Assembly: GCF_009914755.1 (NCBI RefSeq)
Contig: NC_060939.1
Direction: 5' to 3' (one strand)
DNA length: 64,000 nucleotides
Source of the DNA: the human T2T-CHM13v2.0 reference genome, Homo sapiens
The notes under the pieces were generated by a model, which saw only the letters and a program-made list of their open reading frames with translations, was not told the origin of the DNA and did not search any database. The translations under genes and the position numbers were made by a program. Below are positions 31,513 through 45,798 of the stretch, piece after piece (the first letter of the stretch is position 1; each line of letters begins with the position of its first letter).

Positions 31513-33012
31513 TCAGATCAAAGGAATACCTTCTTGTAGTAAATGTGCAGTAACGTTTCTGTTTTCATTCTCATTGACACAGGATTTTAGTAACGGAGTT
31601 CCCTGTGCTCCTTTCTATAACCAACACTCTATTGTGATACAAATCAGCTAAATCAGGGCCTCCCATCAGCATGCCATCGTACATAATGAGCTATGAAGAG
31701 TTTATAGGGGTGAGAGGAACTGAAACTTTCAACCTGGTGTATACGAAAATAATTATTTTCTATGTTTATGCTTTGATATGAAGAAGGATGAGAAGCATTG
31801 AATTACATAAAACTTGTCTAGAAATATAAATAATTTAAAGCCGTAGAGGGCTCAAACCATTATTGAGCTCACAAAACTATATCCACGTCTAAGAAATAAA
31901 CCTCCCAGTAATGCAGTCCTGCTGATAGCCACTGACTGTTGCGCACTCACAGGATGACCTGCCAGCTCCCAAACTGTTCTGCTTTAAAGTGAAAATTTCT
32001 TTAAATAATATATTTTGAAATAGAAATAGCAATAGGCTACCTACTCTAGCAACATTAACTTCCCAATCACCTCCTAAACCATAGGGCCTCTCAAATCACC
32101 AGCATGGGGACACTTTGCAAAACTGTACATTACAGCTGGAAAAAGGTGGGTATGTCTTTTCATTGTTTGATCCCTAGTCCCTGGCACACTGCCTAACACA
32201 TAGATGACATTCAGTAATATTTCTTATATGATGTGTTTGACCTGGATACTGAAGCAAGAGTTCACTAGAAATTGGAAGAGATGTGAAGAATGTAAAGCTG
32301 AACTCTTATTCTGCTGATGAGGAAGTGGAGGAAAGGTGGTGTGACCTTCCTAGGACCAAAGCATAGTCTTGCTCTGGAAGAAGTATATTCTGGGGAACGT
32401 AACCACCCCAGTTCCTCTCTTCATGTTCTACCAAAATACACAGAAATATAAAGTTTCTGATTCTGAGTTCATCATTAGGTTGTATCCAGCATGCCACTAT
32501 TTGTATTATTTTAATTCAAACTATACTTTATTGTAAAAAAAAAAAAAAGGGCAAGAAAATATTAATAGAATGAGTCAGATAAAGTTTTGCCTTCCTTTCC
32601 CACACCTTAGTAACTTGCAAATATTCTTTGAGCCTCAGTTTTCTTATCTATAAAATGGAAAAAAAAAATTACCTTGGAGAACTGATGGGGGTATAGGTGA
32701 TTCTGCATAGATAACTTTTATCATTATTCCTTGTTCATAATCAGCACTCAGCATATGGAATGAATTGACTGGATGAGGCAATGAATCACTATAATTTTGT
32801 ACTGTGGATAGAGATTTTGACTATCACTTTCTAGCAATACCTTTGAGAGTGTGAGATTTCCTTCCTTTACTTTTACAGTATTGACACTACAGTTTCTTTT
32901 CTTGAAAATACTGTGGCTATATGCTGGAATATTTGGCCATGAAAATATACAATTTGTTATTATTACTTCTAAACTATATGATGATCTTTAAATCAATGAC
33001 TCCAAGCCAAAT

Positions 33013-33215
33013 TAGGGTTGTCAGATTTAGCAAATAAAGATATAAAATGCCTAGTAAAATGTGAATTTCAGATGAACAACAAATAAGTTTTGTATAGTAT
33101 ACACTATGTAATATTTGGGACATGGTTATACTAAAAATTATTGTTTATTGTATGAGACATGCTTATAGAAAATACGTATTTTTCATCTGAAATTCAAATA
33201 TAACTAGGACCTGTA
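33013..33215. mobile_element. MER53 hAT MITE
   Basis: tagggttgtcagatttagcaaataaa...gaatttcagatgaacaac...atctgaaattcaaat, with an internal inverted structure. Confidence 0.8.
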
Positions 33216-36200
33216 GGCATAGTAGGGTCTCTGGTATCTCTAAGCTGAAGACAAAAAGGAGCCTTGTAGATCACAATTACCGCTCTTTCCTTCTACAGAT
33301 GAGTAAATGAAGGCCCAGGGAAGTTGGTTACTTGGCCAAAGTAACCAAAGAAATGAGTGGCCGAGACAGAAACTGAACCAGGTTTACTAACAGCCCATCC
33401 AGAACTTGCTCCTTACACACAATTGCAAAGATGCCCTTGTCTTGCCCATCGGAAATTCTTAGGGATTTGCGATGTGAAATTCCTTCGTTATTTTGGTTGT
33501 TCTAAAAAAAGAAAAAAATCAAGCAAAACAAGAGCAATAAACCTCTTATTCATCCAGGCTCCAACATGGCCTTCATTGCCTTTAAAAGCTGAACTGACAC
33601 TTCCTGATCCTCTCTCCATAAATACAATACCTGGCAAGAACAAGGAAGGACAACACGCCATTACAGCTCCCATCCTCCAGCCCGCCTTCATCTTCTTCCC
33701 CGTAACAATTTGTTTTTATCTTTCTGACTTGTCTGAGGGTAGCAGAATAATGAGTATGATGCAAATGTGGTTTTGTGGGTGGTGTCTACTGGACACTGGA
33801 ATTGTTTACCTTGTCATAAATAGCTGTCTTCAGGGACACACCCAGACACTGAGTCTGCTTTACCAACCTCACAAACATAGACAAATCTCAAACCCCTTGA
33901 CTGAGGACAGCCCACTAGAAACACAAAGGATAAAGTTCCTGGTTACAATGCATGAATTTTGACAATAACATCCTAACCAGAATAAACACTAAGAGGAAAG
34001 TAAATATAGTACAGCAGTGAATAATATGAGCTTTGAGATAAAATAGGCCTGGGTTTGAATCTCAGATCTGCCACTTATAGTTATGTGACCTCTGTGAATC
34101 CCATCTCTTAAGTGGAGAAGAATCCCACCTACTTTCTTCAAAACTCATAGGTACTGTGAGGGGCAAAGATGAATTACTTAAAGATTTTTTTTTTCCAGAA
34201 AACATACCTTGGTCATCTTTATCCCAGGAGGGAGTTTTGCTTTTAAAAGTTTGAGTTTAGGTGGAGATAAAAAGAGCTTTGGTGTGAAAACTGTACACTC
34301 AATTTGGAATTGTGCACTTTAAAAGTATGCAGTTTATTAAATGTATTATAAATTTACCCTAATAAACTTGATGAAACAAATGGATAGATAGGACAGCAGA
34401 GTAAAGTGGCTTGGCCAGTGTCACACAGCTAGCTAGTAAGTGGAAACAGTTTGGGAAAGGGCAAAGTTGAGCTTTAGGAAGGAACAAAGAACTCAAGGAA
34501 ACTGAGGAAAGCTGGAGAAAGTAACTGGGTGTTCTGGTAGGCCAGAATGAGATCTACTTTAACCGTAGAAGACTATGAACCAAGCAGCCTCTGCAGTCCA
34601 TAGGGCCTGACTTCAGTCCATGAGAACATACCAGTCCAAGCTGGCATGGGTCAGCAGAAGCCCTGTCCACCCAAAATCTATTTGAAAATGCTCCTGAAGC
34701 CAAAGTTATTATTTTATCAACAGATTGTAATTAGATCACTCCTTAGAAAAGGTAAAAAAATAAATTTTATGAGGTCAAAGAGTGTCCAAGGCATATTTAA
34801 ATAACACATAACATTCTGTCTGGTCAACCCACTGGAACATGACTATTTCGGAATTAACCCCTAACCAACATCAACGCCAAGCTCCTCCAAAAATGTTGTT
34901 ACTGAGTAATTAACTGCTACTTAGTAAACTCTAGAAAATAATGTGTTTTAGATAGAGAATATCTTAGCAGGTAAAGTCAAAGCTGAAACAGCCCAGAGAT
35001 CAAAGGAGGAATTAAACAAATGTGCAAATTAATCTTTGAATTCCAAACACTCATGACCTGGAACACATATAAAGCAAAACAGCCAAGAAATCACATCTCT
35101 TTCATTACATGGATGAGGTTTCCATCACAGCTCACAGCTCTTCCAGACTTGTGAGTCAAAGATTTTCACAGAGTATTGCCTTCAAACTTCACCTCCTCGC
35201 TCAATAAGCTGTAGTGCAACAGAGCTGACACATTCAAAGAAAGGCCAAGGGTGTCTAATTCTAGTCATTGTCAAGGAAATGAGCATTAGATGTGGTAAGA
35301 GAAGTATGAGAGAACAATTCAATTCTTTCTGGGTAGTAACCTCACTTTTATTTATATTCAATTAGTGAACAAACAAACTGAAAAAACTACAATCCCCTTG
35401 TCTAAAGCTCAAAGTTCAGGCTTTAAGAAGTGGATATGTATTTAGCTTATACCACATTTAACCCTCTATTTACAGTGAAAATCTTTTTTTTTTTTTACTT
35501 AGATGTGGCTAACATAAACAAAAAATACCATTGTCCTAGACCATTCTTAAGTAAATTCAACAAATATCTATTGAGAACTAAATATAGCCAGGTGGTGGGT
35601 TGGGCTGCAGAGAACACAAAGAACAGAAAAACACCATCCTTGCCCTCAAAATATTTACCATGGAGTCATCTTTGGATTAATTTTAACTAAGTATTCATGC
35701 TACTAGACAAAACAATTGTTTTGCGTGTGTATAAATTCTGCAAACCTATTTCTGGTCTTGACTCATGTTTTTCTTTCCCATATCCAAAAACAATCTGGAA
35801 AACTGTTTGCCTAATATCTCTCTTTAAATTAACTTGCCTTAAGTATTAATTAAACTTAGGTAAGAAGAAATTAAGCTACATAAGTATATTTGTTTTGGAA
35901 TCACCTTAATCATAAGTGTCCATAAAATCATGAGGTTTAATGTACAGGTTATATTTTTAAAATACACATTAAAAGAAATACTTGTCTATTAACACAAATA
36001 CTTGGTATGTACTACCTAAAATCACATTGGGAAACGTAGCTTTAATCCTCCGTCATAGTCAAATCCTTTCCTCTACCTTTCAAAAACTCCACCCTAACTG
36101 AGGTAGTTCCTCATATCCCAGCACTCTTAGTTGATGATCCTTTCTTTCAATTAACCAAGAAAATCAAGTCTCTCATACATGAGCTTCCTCATTACTTCAA

Positions 36201-36641
36201 CATTCCATCACTTTTTCTTATTTTTAAGATTATTTTCTTCTGAGATATCCATACTAGTCTCCTCTGATAACATTTTTACCTTTATTCCAGATTTCATCTT
36301 CTATCAACTCAATTACTTCCTTTATTAATATTTATTTTGTCTTCAACTGATTTCTCTTCTTTGGTCCCTTTGCCTTTGTTTACATATATTTAGTTTAAAA
36401 ATATTTATTATCTGCTACATGTCAGAGACTGTGCAAGGATTCTAGGGATGTAGACAAGAAAGACAAAGCAAGTCACAGACCTCAAGGAGCTTACTGGTGT
36501 CTAAGGAGACAGGCCTGCCCTGAATCATCCCATAGTGTGATAGGTGCTATGTTAATGTAAATGCAAGAGTGTCCAGGGAGGGAGCACAATTAGAGCTCGA
36601 AGCCAAAATTGGGAAGGATTTCCCCCAGGGGAGGGAATAAA

Positions 36642-39142
36642 ACTTCATTTTATTGTACTTCTCAGATAATTGTGTTTTTTTACAAATTCAAGGTTTGTGG
36701 CAACCCTGCCTTGAGCAAATCTATAGGCACCATTTTTTCCAACAGTATGTGCTCACTTCATGTCTCCGTATCACATTTTGGTAATTCTCATAATATTTCA
36801 AACTTTGTCAATAACATTTTTATTATATCTGTTGTGGTGGTCTGTGATCGTAAATATCACTACTGTAATTGTTTTGGGGTGCCATAAATTATGCCCATAT
36901 AAGATGGCAAACTTAATTGGTAAATTAAGTTTTTGTTCTGACTGTTCCACCAACTGGCCATTCCCCTGTCTCCTCTCTCCCTCTCCTCAGTCTTCTCTGT
37001 TCCCTGAAACAAAACACTATTAAAATTAGGTCAATTAATAATCCTATAATGGCCTCTAAGTGTTCAAGTGAAAGGAAGAGTTGCACTTTTCTCACCTTAA
37101 ATCAAAGCCAAAAATGATTAAGTTTAGTGAGGAAGACATGTTGAAAGTCAAGACAGGTCTAAAGCTAGGCCTTTTGCACCAAACCATTAGCTAAATTGTG
37201 AATGCAAAGGAAAAGTTCTTGATGGAAACTGAAAGTGCTACTACAGTGAATACATGAATGATCAGAGACCGAAACAATTGCTGATATGGAGAAAGTTTTA
37301 ATGATCAGGAAAGATGATCAAACCATCCACCACATTCCCTTAAGTCAAACACTAATCCGGAGCAGCACTCTAACTCTCCTCAATTTTATGAAGGTTAAAA
37401 GAAGTGAGGAAGCTGCAGTGGAAAAGCTGGAAGCTAGCTGAGTTCATGAGATTGAAGGAAAGAAGCCTCCTCCATAAAATGAAAGTGCAAGATGAAGCAG
37501 CAAGTGCTGATGGAGAAGCTACAGAAAGTTATCTAGAAGCTCTAAACTCAGATAATTAATGAAGGTGGCTATACTAAACAACAGATTTTCAATGTAGATG
37601 AAACACCTTTTTATTGGAAGAAGATGCCATCTAGGACTTTGCTAGCTAGAATGGAGAAGTCAATGCCTGGCTTCAAAGCTTCAAAGGACAAGCTGACTGT
37701 CTTGTTAGGGGCTAATGCAGCTGGTGACTTTAAGTTGAGGCCAATGCTCATTTATCATTCTAACAATTCTAGGGCCCTTAAGAATAATGCCTGTGCTCTG
37801 TATATGGAACCAGAAAGCCTGGATGACAAAACATCTATTTACAGAATAGTTTACTGAGTATTTTATGCTTATTGTTGAGATCTACTGCTCAGAAAAAATA
37901 AAAAAATCCTTTCAAAACAATACTGTTCATTGACAATGCACCGAGTCAACCAAGAGCTCTGAGATGCACAAGAGATTAATGCTGTTTTCATGCTTGCTAA
38001 CATAATATCCATTCTACAGCCCATGGACCAAACAGTAATTTTGACTTTCAACTCTTACTATTTAAGCTATACATTTTGTGAGGCTATAGCTGCCATAGGT
38101 AGAGATTCCTCTGATATACCTGGACAAAGTCAATTGAAAACTTTCTGGAAAAGGTTCACCACTTTAGGTGCCTTGAGAACATTTGTGATTCATAGCAGGA
38201 AGTCAAAATATCAACATTAACGGGAGTTGAGAAGAAGTTGATTCCAACCCTCATAGATGACTTGGAGAGATTCAAAATTCCAGTGGAGGAAGTAACTGCA
38301 GACGTGGTGGAAATAGCAAGAGAACTAGAATTAAAAGTAGTCTGAAGAGGGACTGAATTGCTACAAGCTCTTGATAAAATGTAAATGGATGAGAAGCTGC
38401 TTCTTATGAATGAGCAAAGAAAGTGGTTTCTTGAGATGGAATCTACTCCTGGTGAAGATGCTATGAACATAGCTGAAATGAAAACAAAACATTCAGAATA
38501 TTACATAAACTTAGTTGGTAAAGTAGCAGGGTTTAAAAGGATTGACTCCAATTTTGGAAAAAGTTCTGCTGTGGGTAAAAGGCTATCAGACAGCATTACA
38601 TGCTACAGAGTAATCTTTCACAAAAGGTCTGAGCACAGTGACATATGCCTGTAATCCCAGCTACTTGAGAGGCTAAGAGGTGTGAGGATCACCTGAGGCC
38701 AGGAGTTTGAGACCAGCCTGGGCAACATAGTGAGACTACTCTAAAAAAAAAAAAGCTTTCACAAAAGGAAGAGTCAATCAATGCAGCAAACTTCATTATT
38801 GTCATATTTTAAGAAATTGCCAGAACCACCCCCAAACTCCAGCAAACCACCACCCTAATCAATTAGCAGCCATCAACATGGAGGCAAGACCCTCCTCCAG
38901 CAAAAAGTACAACTTGCAGAAGGCTCAGATGATCATTTGCACTTTTTAGCAATAAAGTACTTTTAATCACAGTATGCACATTGTTACTTTAGATATTATA
39001 TTATCGTATACTTAATAGGCTTTGATATGCACTGGGAATCCAAAATAAATTGTGTGACTTGCTTTACTGCAATATTCACTTTATTAGAGACGCTTGGAAT
39101 CAAACCTACAACAGAACCCACCATATCTCCAAGATATGTCTG
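36642..39142 (+). mobile_element. Near full-length Tigger1 DNA transposon fossil with a disrupted transposase
   Basis: ORF pieces resemble the pogo/Tigger1 transposase ([14 protein letters not shown]..., [20 protein letters not shown]); 3' TIR atatctccaagatatgtctg followed by TA; many stops and frameshifts. Confidence 0.93.
38628..38755 (+). mobile_element. FLAM-type Alu monomer inserted in Tigger1
   Basis: 13-bp TSD ctttcacaaaagg (38615-27, 38756-68). Confidence 0.88.
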
Positions 39143-39734
39143 TAACGCCTAAGTTTAAATCACAAATCTTATACATTTGCTGGTTTTGTGACCCAATGAG
39201 CTTATTTTGTCATCCAGGAAAGGGGATCAATTATCTATTGCACCCAGCCGTAATGAGTAAGGAGACAGCATGTACCGGTGGGTCAGGCCCTCCAGTCAGT
39301 GAGCCTGGATTCAAATGCCAACTCTACCAATCTATGTCCTTGGGAAGGTTATTTTACAACTCTGTGTTGGATTTTTATCAATAAAATGAGGATAAATAAT
39401 AATATCAATCTAATAAGGTTGATGTGAGTAAATAATCCTTGGAAATCATTAATTAGTAAGCATTCAATAAATATTAGACTCTATTATCAGAAGGTTTTTC
39501 AAATCTCAAAATCTGTACATAAATCCTGCTAAGTAAACAATATTCCGATAAATGAAATTCTTGTCATTTATAATTCTTCATTCTATCATTCATAACTTAC
39601 AGTAGATCCCATCTATTAAGTGAATTAAGTAGGAGAGATAAAGATAAAACTTCAAAAGTATCAAATTGGCAAAGTAAAGTAATTTAAATTTAAAAAACAA
39701 TTTGATTTTTTCAAAAATCTGCCACATTCTCATC

Positions 39735-40198
39735 TAATATGAGTTGAATTGAGCCTATCCAAAATTTATATGTTGAAGCCCTAACTCGGAGTACCTCCAA
39801 GTATGACCTTATTTGGACATGGGCTCATTGTGGCTATAATTAATTAAGTGAGGATGAGGTAATACTGGATTGGGGTGAGCTCCTAATCCAATCTGACTGG
39901 TAGTCATATAAAACAAGGAAATGTGCAGACAGACACACACACAGAGAAAGTCAGGTAAAGGTGAAGGCAGACGTTGGGGTGACTTCTGCAGGCCAAGGAA
40001 CACCAAAGATTGACAGCAAACCACGAGAAGCTAAGTGAGACATGGGACAGAACCTTCGTCTCACCCTCAGAAGGAACCAACCCTGCTGACACTGTGATTT
40101 CAGACCTCCAGCCTCCAGAACTGTGAGACAACACATTTCTGTTGTGTAAGTCACCCAGTGGGTGGTACTTTGTTATACATTCCTAGAAAAGTAATACA
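39735..40198 (+). mobile_element. MLT1 (B/C-like) MaLR LTR
   Basis: gttgaattg...atatgttgaagccctaac...cagcctccagaactgtgagacaa...taataca. Confidence 0.85.
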
Positions 40199-43100
40199 GC
40201 ATTTGACAGACTTTGTTTCTTTCGAGTCAGAATGCAGATCTCAGTAACACATGTATCAATTCCTGAAACATATATTTAAATTTTAGTCTGAATCACACAA
40301 TTGGTCATATACCAAAATCTATTCTCTACCTCTTTGTGTAATAAATCTCCTTTCCATCTACATTATCGGCTCCTTGAGAAAAGAATATATTCATTTATTA
40401 ATTCAATAATTAGTATCTAGTAAAGCCCTACTAAATGAAAGATGAAAAAACACAAGTTCCTGCCCTCTAGGAATTCACAACCTATAAGTCAAATCCTAAG
40501 TATGTAAAGAACCAACGTAAAGTAGGTTGGTAGAAGCATTTCCGAGGCACAACAGCAAACCAAGTTTCATTCCCATGGCTGTCAACGGGTCATCCCTTAC
40601 ACTTTGGCTTCTCGTGTAAAAATACTGTGTTCTTCCAAGGACTAGTTATCTTCTTCCTTGGCCCTGACATCTACTTCCCTTCTTTCAGTTTCAGCACAAG
40701 TTGACATTGGAAGTCAGTCCACTGTAATTATAACAATCCATTTTTCCTCCTAGAATAAGCAAATGGCAGGTACTCCCATAGGCAGAAATACAGGCCTATA
40801 TGGACAAGGCCTATTTGGAGAAGCCTCCCTAATGCCCACGATTCTAGTGTTTTCTGACTCTGTCCTAGCAATCAGGAATACCTGCCAGGGAAGACTTTAA
40901 ACTCACCTTTTGCACTAAAGGATTCTAGCAGAAGCTAGGCCAAAACAGACTTTCATCAGCAAGGCTATGAATGCAGAATCCCAAGGTGGTTTGGAAAAAG
41001 TGGTAGAGGAAGTACAGGATTTGAGGCTCATAATCTGAAGGAACCATAGCCTTTGTAGCTTTTGTGAACATCTTTGTGGATTTTCTGTCATGAGCCAAGA
41101 TAAGCCCCACCTCTGTTTCATAGTCCCTATCTCACCACTTGATTATTCAAAATTTTCTCTAGTCCTGGCTCTTCCTACTTTCCCTTATTCCTAAACACAT
41201 CCCACCTTCTGTCTTCACTATCCTTGCCTCTTTTCTCAGTGTTAAGGCACAGTGTTGTATACTCAATTCAGCAAGTGTTTACTGAATGCCAACTGTGTTC
41301 CAGACCTTGTGCTGGTGGCTTTCCTATGCATTTTCTCAAGTAATCCACACATCTACCATTACTGTTATTAGGAAAAGAAGGCTAGGTAAATCTAAATCCC
41401 CTGGCTACGACTACATCCCTAGGGATTACATCCCTAGATTTGTATGACCTCAAAGCCCATACCACTTCTTAAAGGCCTTGAAAGTGAGAATTCATAATGA
41501 TGACATCATCATCTGTTTACAGTTCCACACAGACAAGCCAGTCCACCTATTTCTTTAAAGAAAATGAAACAAAACAAAACAAAACAAAACAAACACAACT
41601 TAAATTCAACTACAGGGGTGGTTAAGATGCCAAATCACTCTTAGACTAAAGACTGTTTAGTCTAAGAGTCTTAATCTGTAAAACCTATTCATTATGTATG
41701 TGGAAGTGTATGCATGGGCCAGAATGTTTTCAAAGCATCAGAACTTAATACAAAAACACTAAAAAGCTCATCGTAACACTAGTGTCATGGAAAAAGACTC
41801 ATAATACACAATGTGAGATTTCCACATTGGGGTGACTGCAATGCAGTTTATGACATAAGAGGTAGCAGAGGGAGACACGAAAGGGCTTGCCTGAACCTAC
41901 AGGCCAACAAAAACCAGGCAATATGTGGCACTATGGCACTTTCTAAAACATCCTGGCCTCTGCTTATTCTAAGAAAAAAAAATCCGTGGCAAAGGGGATC
42001 CCTCTTCTCTGCTTGATTTCTACTGACCAAAGAAGTCACTGTCCAGTGATATAAAGAAATTCTGTCCCTAGGGCATAAATAAATATCCAACACCTATAGT
42101 TCATGGGTGTATAAGAGCCTGAGAGGCCTGGAATCGATCCAACCCATTTTAACTAGCAAGAAACTACCTGGTAATACCTTGTTTGTATTTCTTGGAGGAG
42201 GGACACAAGAAACACTTATTTCATTCCACACAATAATTCACCACAATCAGAGAGAGCACAGCAAGGGCAACACCATCTCCCAGCTGCTGATTACATCAAA
42301 GGCTTGCAGCACAAATTCAATTTTATGATGTTAATCTCAGCCTGCCACTCAGAAATTTTCTCTGAGGGATATGATTTTTCTCTGGATTTCATTTTAAGAA
42401 TGATTTTCTTCATCCACAATCAATAAAGATATGTTTTCATCAAAAGACTCTATCTTGGCAGAATTCAATTGGCTATTTCAACCCCTTTTGGTGACACAAT
42501 GTTAATTAAAATAGTTTATGTTGCACCTCAACTGGAAAAAGAGGCAGTGAAAATAGGAGCTACTCAGAACACATGTTCTATATACATCAACATGGAAGGC
42601 AGAAAATAATTTTCTCCTTCCCCAGGCGACAGCTATTAGCTATTCAAGAGAGTTGCTCTAACTTGGTTTATCTCTGTGATCTCACTGGAAAAAAGAATGA
42701 AGTCCTTCCTGTTTATATTTTTTTGTTCAATTGGAAATCAAAATGCATATAAAGAAGATACTTTAAATGCTTACATCCCAGTTCCTCAACAAGAGGAGAA
42801 ATAATTATCTGTGCTCCTATGTGGCATAACGGATTATTAGGCATCACATTCATTATTTCCCTTAACTAAAAATTAATGATGCTATTACAAATTATTTTTA
42901 TTTTCAATTTTAAATAATAATTACAGCTAAATACATTGTATTTCTCAAAAGCAGGCATATAGATTCTCAAAAGCGGGCATATAGAATTAGCACAGGGTTT
43001 TGCACATTTAAGAAAGAGAAGAAAACTATGCAATGCATTACAGAAAATAAAGCAATTTGTTTTAACAGTGGTTTGGGAAGTGGCAGTTAATTAATTTAAC

Positions 43101-43585
43101 AAAGATTTATAAAGCACCTACTGTGTTCTTGACTCTGTTCTCCTCTTGAGAATGAGATGAAGGCCCCACTTCCTGTCCCATGATGCTGACAGATCATGGG
43201 GCCTCCATTACCGCAGAAAGAGAAGGGCTAGGCCTGGTTCCCACAAAGCAGGTAGAGAGCGCAGCAGAGGCTGCACTTAACCCTGCTGGGAGGAGATCAA
43301 GAAGAGTTTCTCCAAGGAAGTCCAATTACTGAAACATTCAGCTGGTAATTTACATATCCAGTCTAAAAAAGTGGGGGGCATAGCTCAGTCTCTAATAGAA
43401 AAGGTAGTCTCTATCAACCACACCTTCTCACTCCCCCATTCTGAAATTCATTATTCCTCTTAACATAAGAAAGTGGTAACAAAGAAAGTAGGAGTACTGA
43501 TACCCTAAGGAGAATAAGGATTTCACAGGACTCTGTGTTCTAATCTATACTAAAGCAATCTAAAAATCATATCAGCTTTCTGGGC

Positions 43586-43940
43586 TAATATGGTTTGGCT
43601 TCATCCCCACCCAAATCTCATCTTGCAGTTCCCATAATCCCCACATGTGGTGGGAGGGACCCAGTGGGAGGTAATTGAATCATGAGGATGGTTTCCCCCA
43701 TGCTGTTCTCGTGATAGTAAGGTCTCGCGAGATCTGATGGTTTCATAAGGGGCTTCCCCCTTTGCTCCGCACTCATTCTCTCTCCTGCAACCCTACGAAG
43801 AGGTGACTTCCGCCAGGATTGTAAGTTTCCTGAGGCCTCCCCAGCCACGTGGAAATGTGAGTCAGTTAAACCTCTTTTCTTTATAAATTACCCAGTCTTA
43901 GAGCAGTGTCCTTAGAGCAGTATGAGAAAGGACTAATACA
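43586..43940 (+). mobile_element. THE1 solo LTR
   Basis: atatggtttggct...ccccacccaaatctcatcttg...gactaataca; perfect TSD TGGGC. Confidence 0.92.
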
Positions 43941-44814
43941 TGGGCCCTCACAACTCACTGCCGACTCACAAGCAACAAAATGTCAATTAACCAAAAGGTT
44001 GACTGGTTCAGTAAATTACATCTCCCTCATCCTGTACTTGCTTATTGTTTTAAACACTTACTGTGTAGGGCTTTACATTTCTCCCAGTTGAATTTCAACT
44101 TGTTAAAAAAAAAAGACAGAGAGAGAGAGGAAAAGTCAGTGTCAAAGTAAACAATTGCTACCACTTACTGACTATATGTTAAGTTGTAGACACTGTGCTG
44201 CTTAGATTACGTTCACTGCTTCATGCGGTCCTCATAATATCAATATGCATTATTATCACTATTCCAAACATGAAGAAAATGAGTCTTGGAGAACATAAGT
44301 AACTTGCCGAAGGTCAGAGCTAGGAAACAAACAGATCCATCAGTCTATGAAAAACTCAATTCTTAATCACTGCACTATGCTGGTTAGGTGGGGCAGAGGT
44401 GGTGGTCAGCATGTGAGGACAGCCTCTGGAAATGAGAGCAAATTCTGGAATCAGTGTTCCCCTACAGCAATGATATCTAGCTCTGTAAATGAAAATTTGC
44501 ATTTTTTAGAAAAGTTCAAAGGGGCCCAAATGTCTTTTCAGACCAAAGATATCTCTCTCATTTTGAAGATAAACGTGACACATGTAAATAAAGAAACTCC
44601 TGGGTCCCCAAAGTTGATTAGGAAGAGGTCTTGCAAGGACTTCAAAGCTGACCTGGGCCTAGACCTCAGTGCACAGATAGATACTTTTAGTCCAGGTCTC
44701 CACCACATCTGCCTGCTTCCAATTCAGCCTGGAGAAGAACTGAATCTACAAAGCTTAACAACTGGGAAAAAATAACCATACATATAGAAAAGGCCTCCAG
44801 AAAGGTACTTTTTA

Positions 44815-45165
<351 letters not shown>

Positions 45166-45479
45166 GAATTATTCATAAAGGACATCCTCTATTGTGAGCA
45201 ACATTATTACTAACATTATTATTATTAAATAACAGAAATTTCGAGTATATGAATTGTCAAGCTACAAAGATATCTGAATGCAACAAACTTGAAATCTTAA
45301 AATCTTACTGATACCATTATTTTCAAGGTTCCTTTAAGTTATTTCACAAGTCAAATGCACTCTTCCATTCCAGTAGGCATGTATAAACTAGAACGTCAGA
45401 TTTCTAAAGCATTCAGTTCATTGGGTAGAGACCGTTAATGGAAGATTTCACACACAGGGAGAAACTTAAGAGTTTATTT

Positions 45480-45510
<31 letters not shown>

Positions 45511-45798
45511 CTCTTTTGAGACAGGGTCTTTCTCCGTCACCTAGCCTGGAGTACAGTGAAGCATGCAATCATGGCTCACTGCAATCTCGACCTCTCAGGC
45601 TCAAGTCATCCAACTCCCTCAGGCTTCCTAGTAGCTGGGATTATGGACTGACGCACACCACCACACCCAGCTGATTTTTGTAGAGATGAAGTTTTGCTAT
45701 GTTGCCCAGGCTGGTCTGGAACTCCTGAGCTCAAGCGATCCACCTACCTTGGCCTCCCAAAGTGTTTGAATTACAGGCATGAGCCACAGCGCCCAGCC
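45480..45798 (-). mobile_element. AluJ with (CT)n tail
   Basis: Antisense AluJ motifs (gagacagggtct, ctcaagcgatcc). Confidence 0.88.

Noticed and set aside
33357-33962. 201-aa + strand ORF antisense to intron 1
   Set aside because: GTG start inside a MIR-like segment, no recognisable domain, no promoter or splice context; most likely a chance ORF. Ribo-seq or PhyloCSF would be needed to revive it.
37624-38654. Transposase-like ORFs as a functional gene
   Set aside because: Fragments of a decayed Tigger1 in different frames with stops between them.
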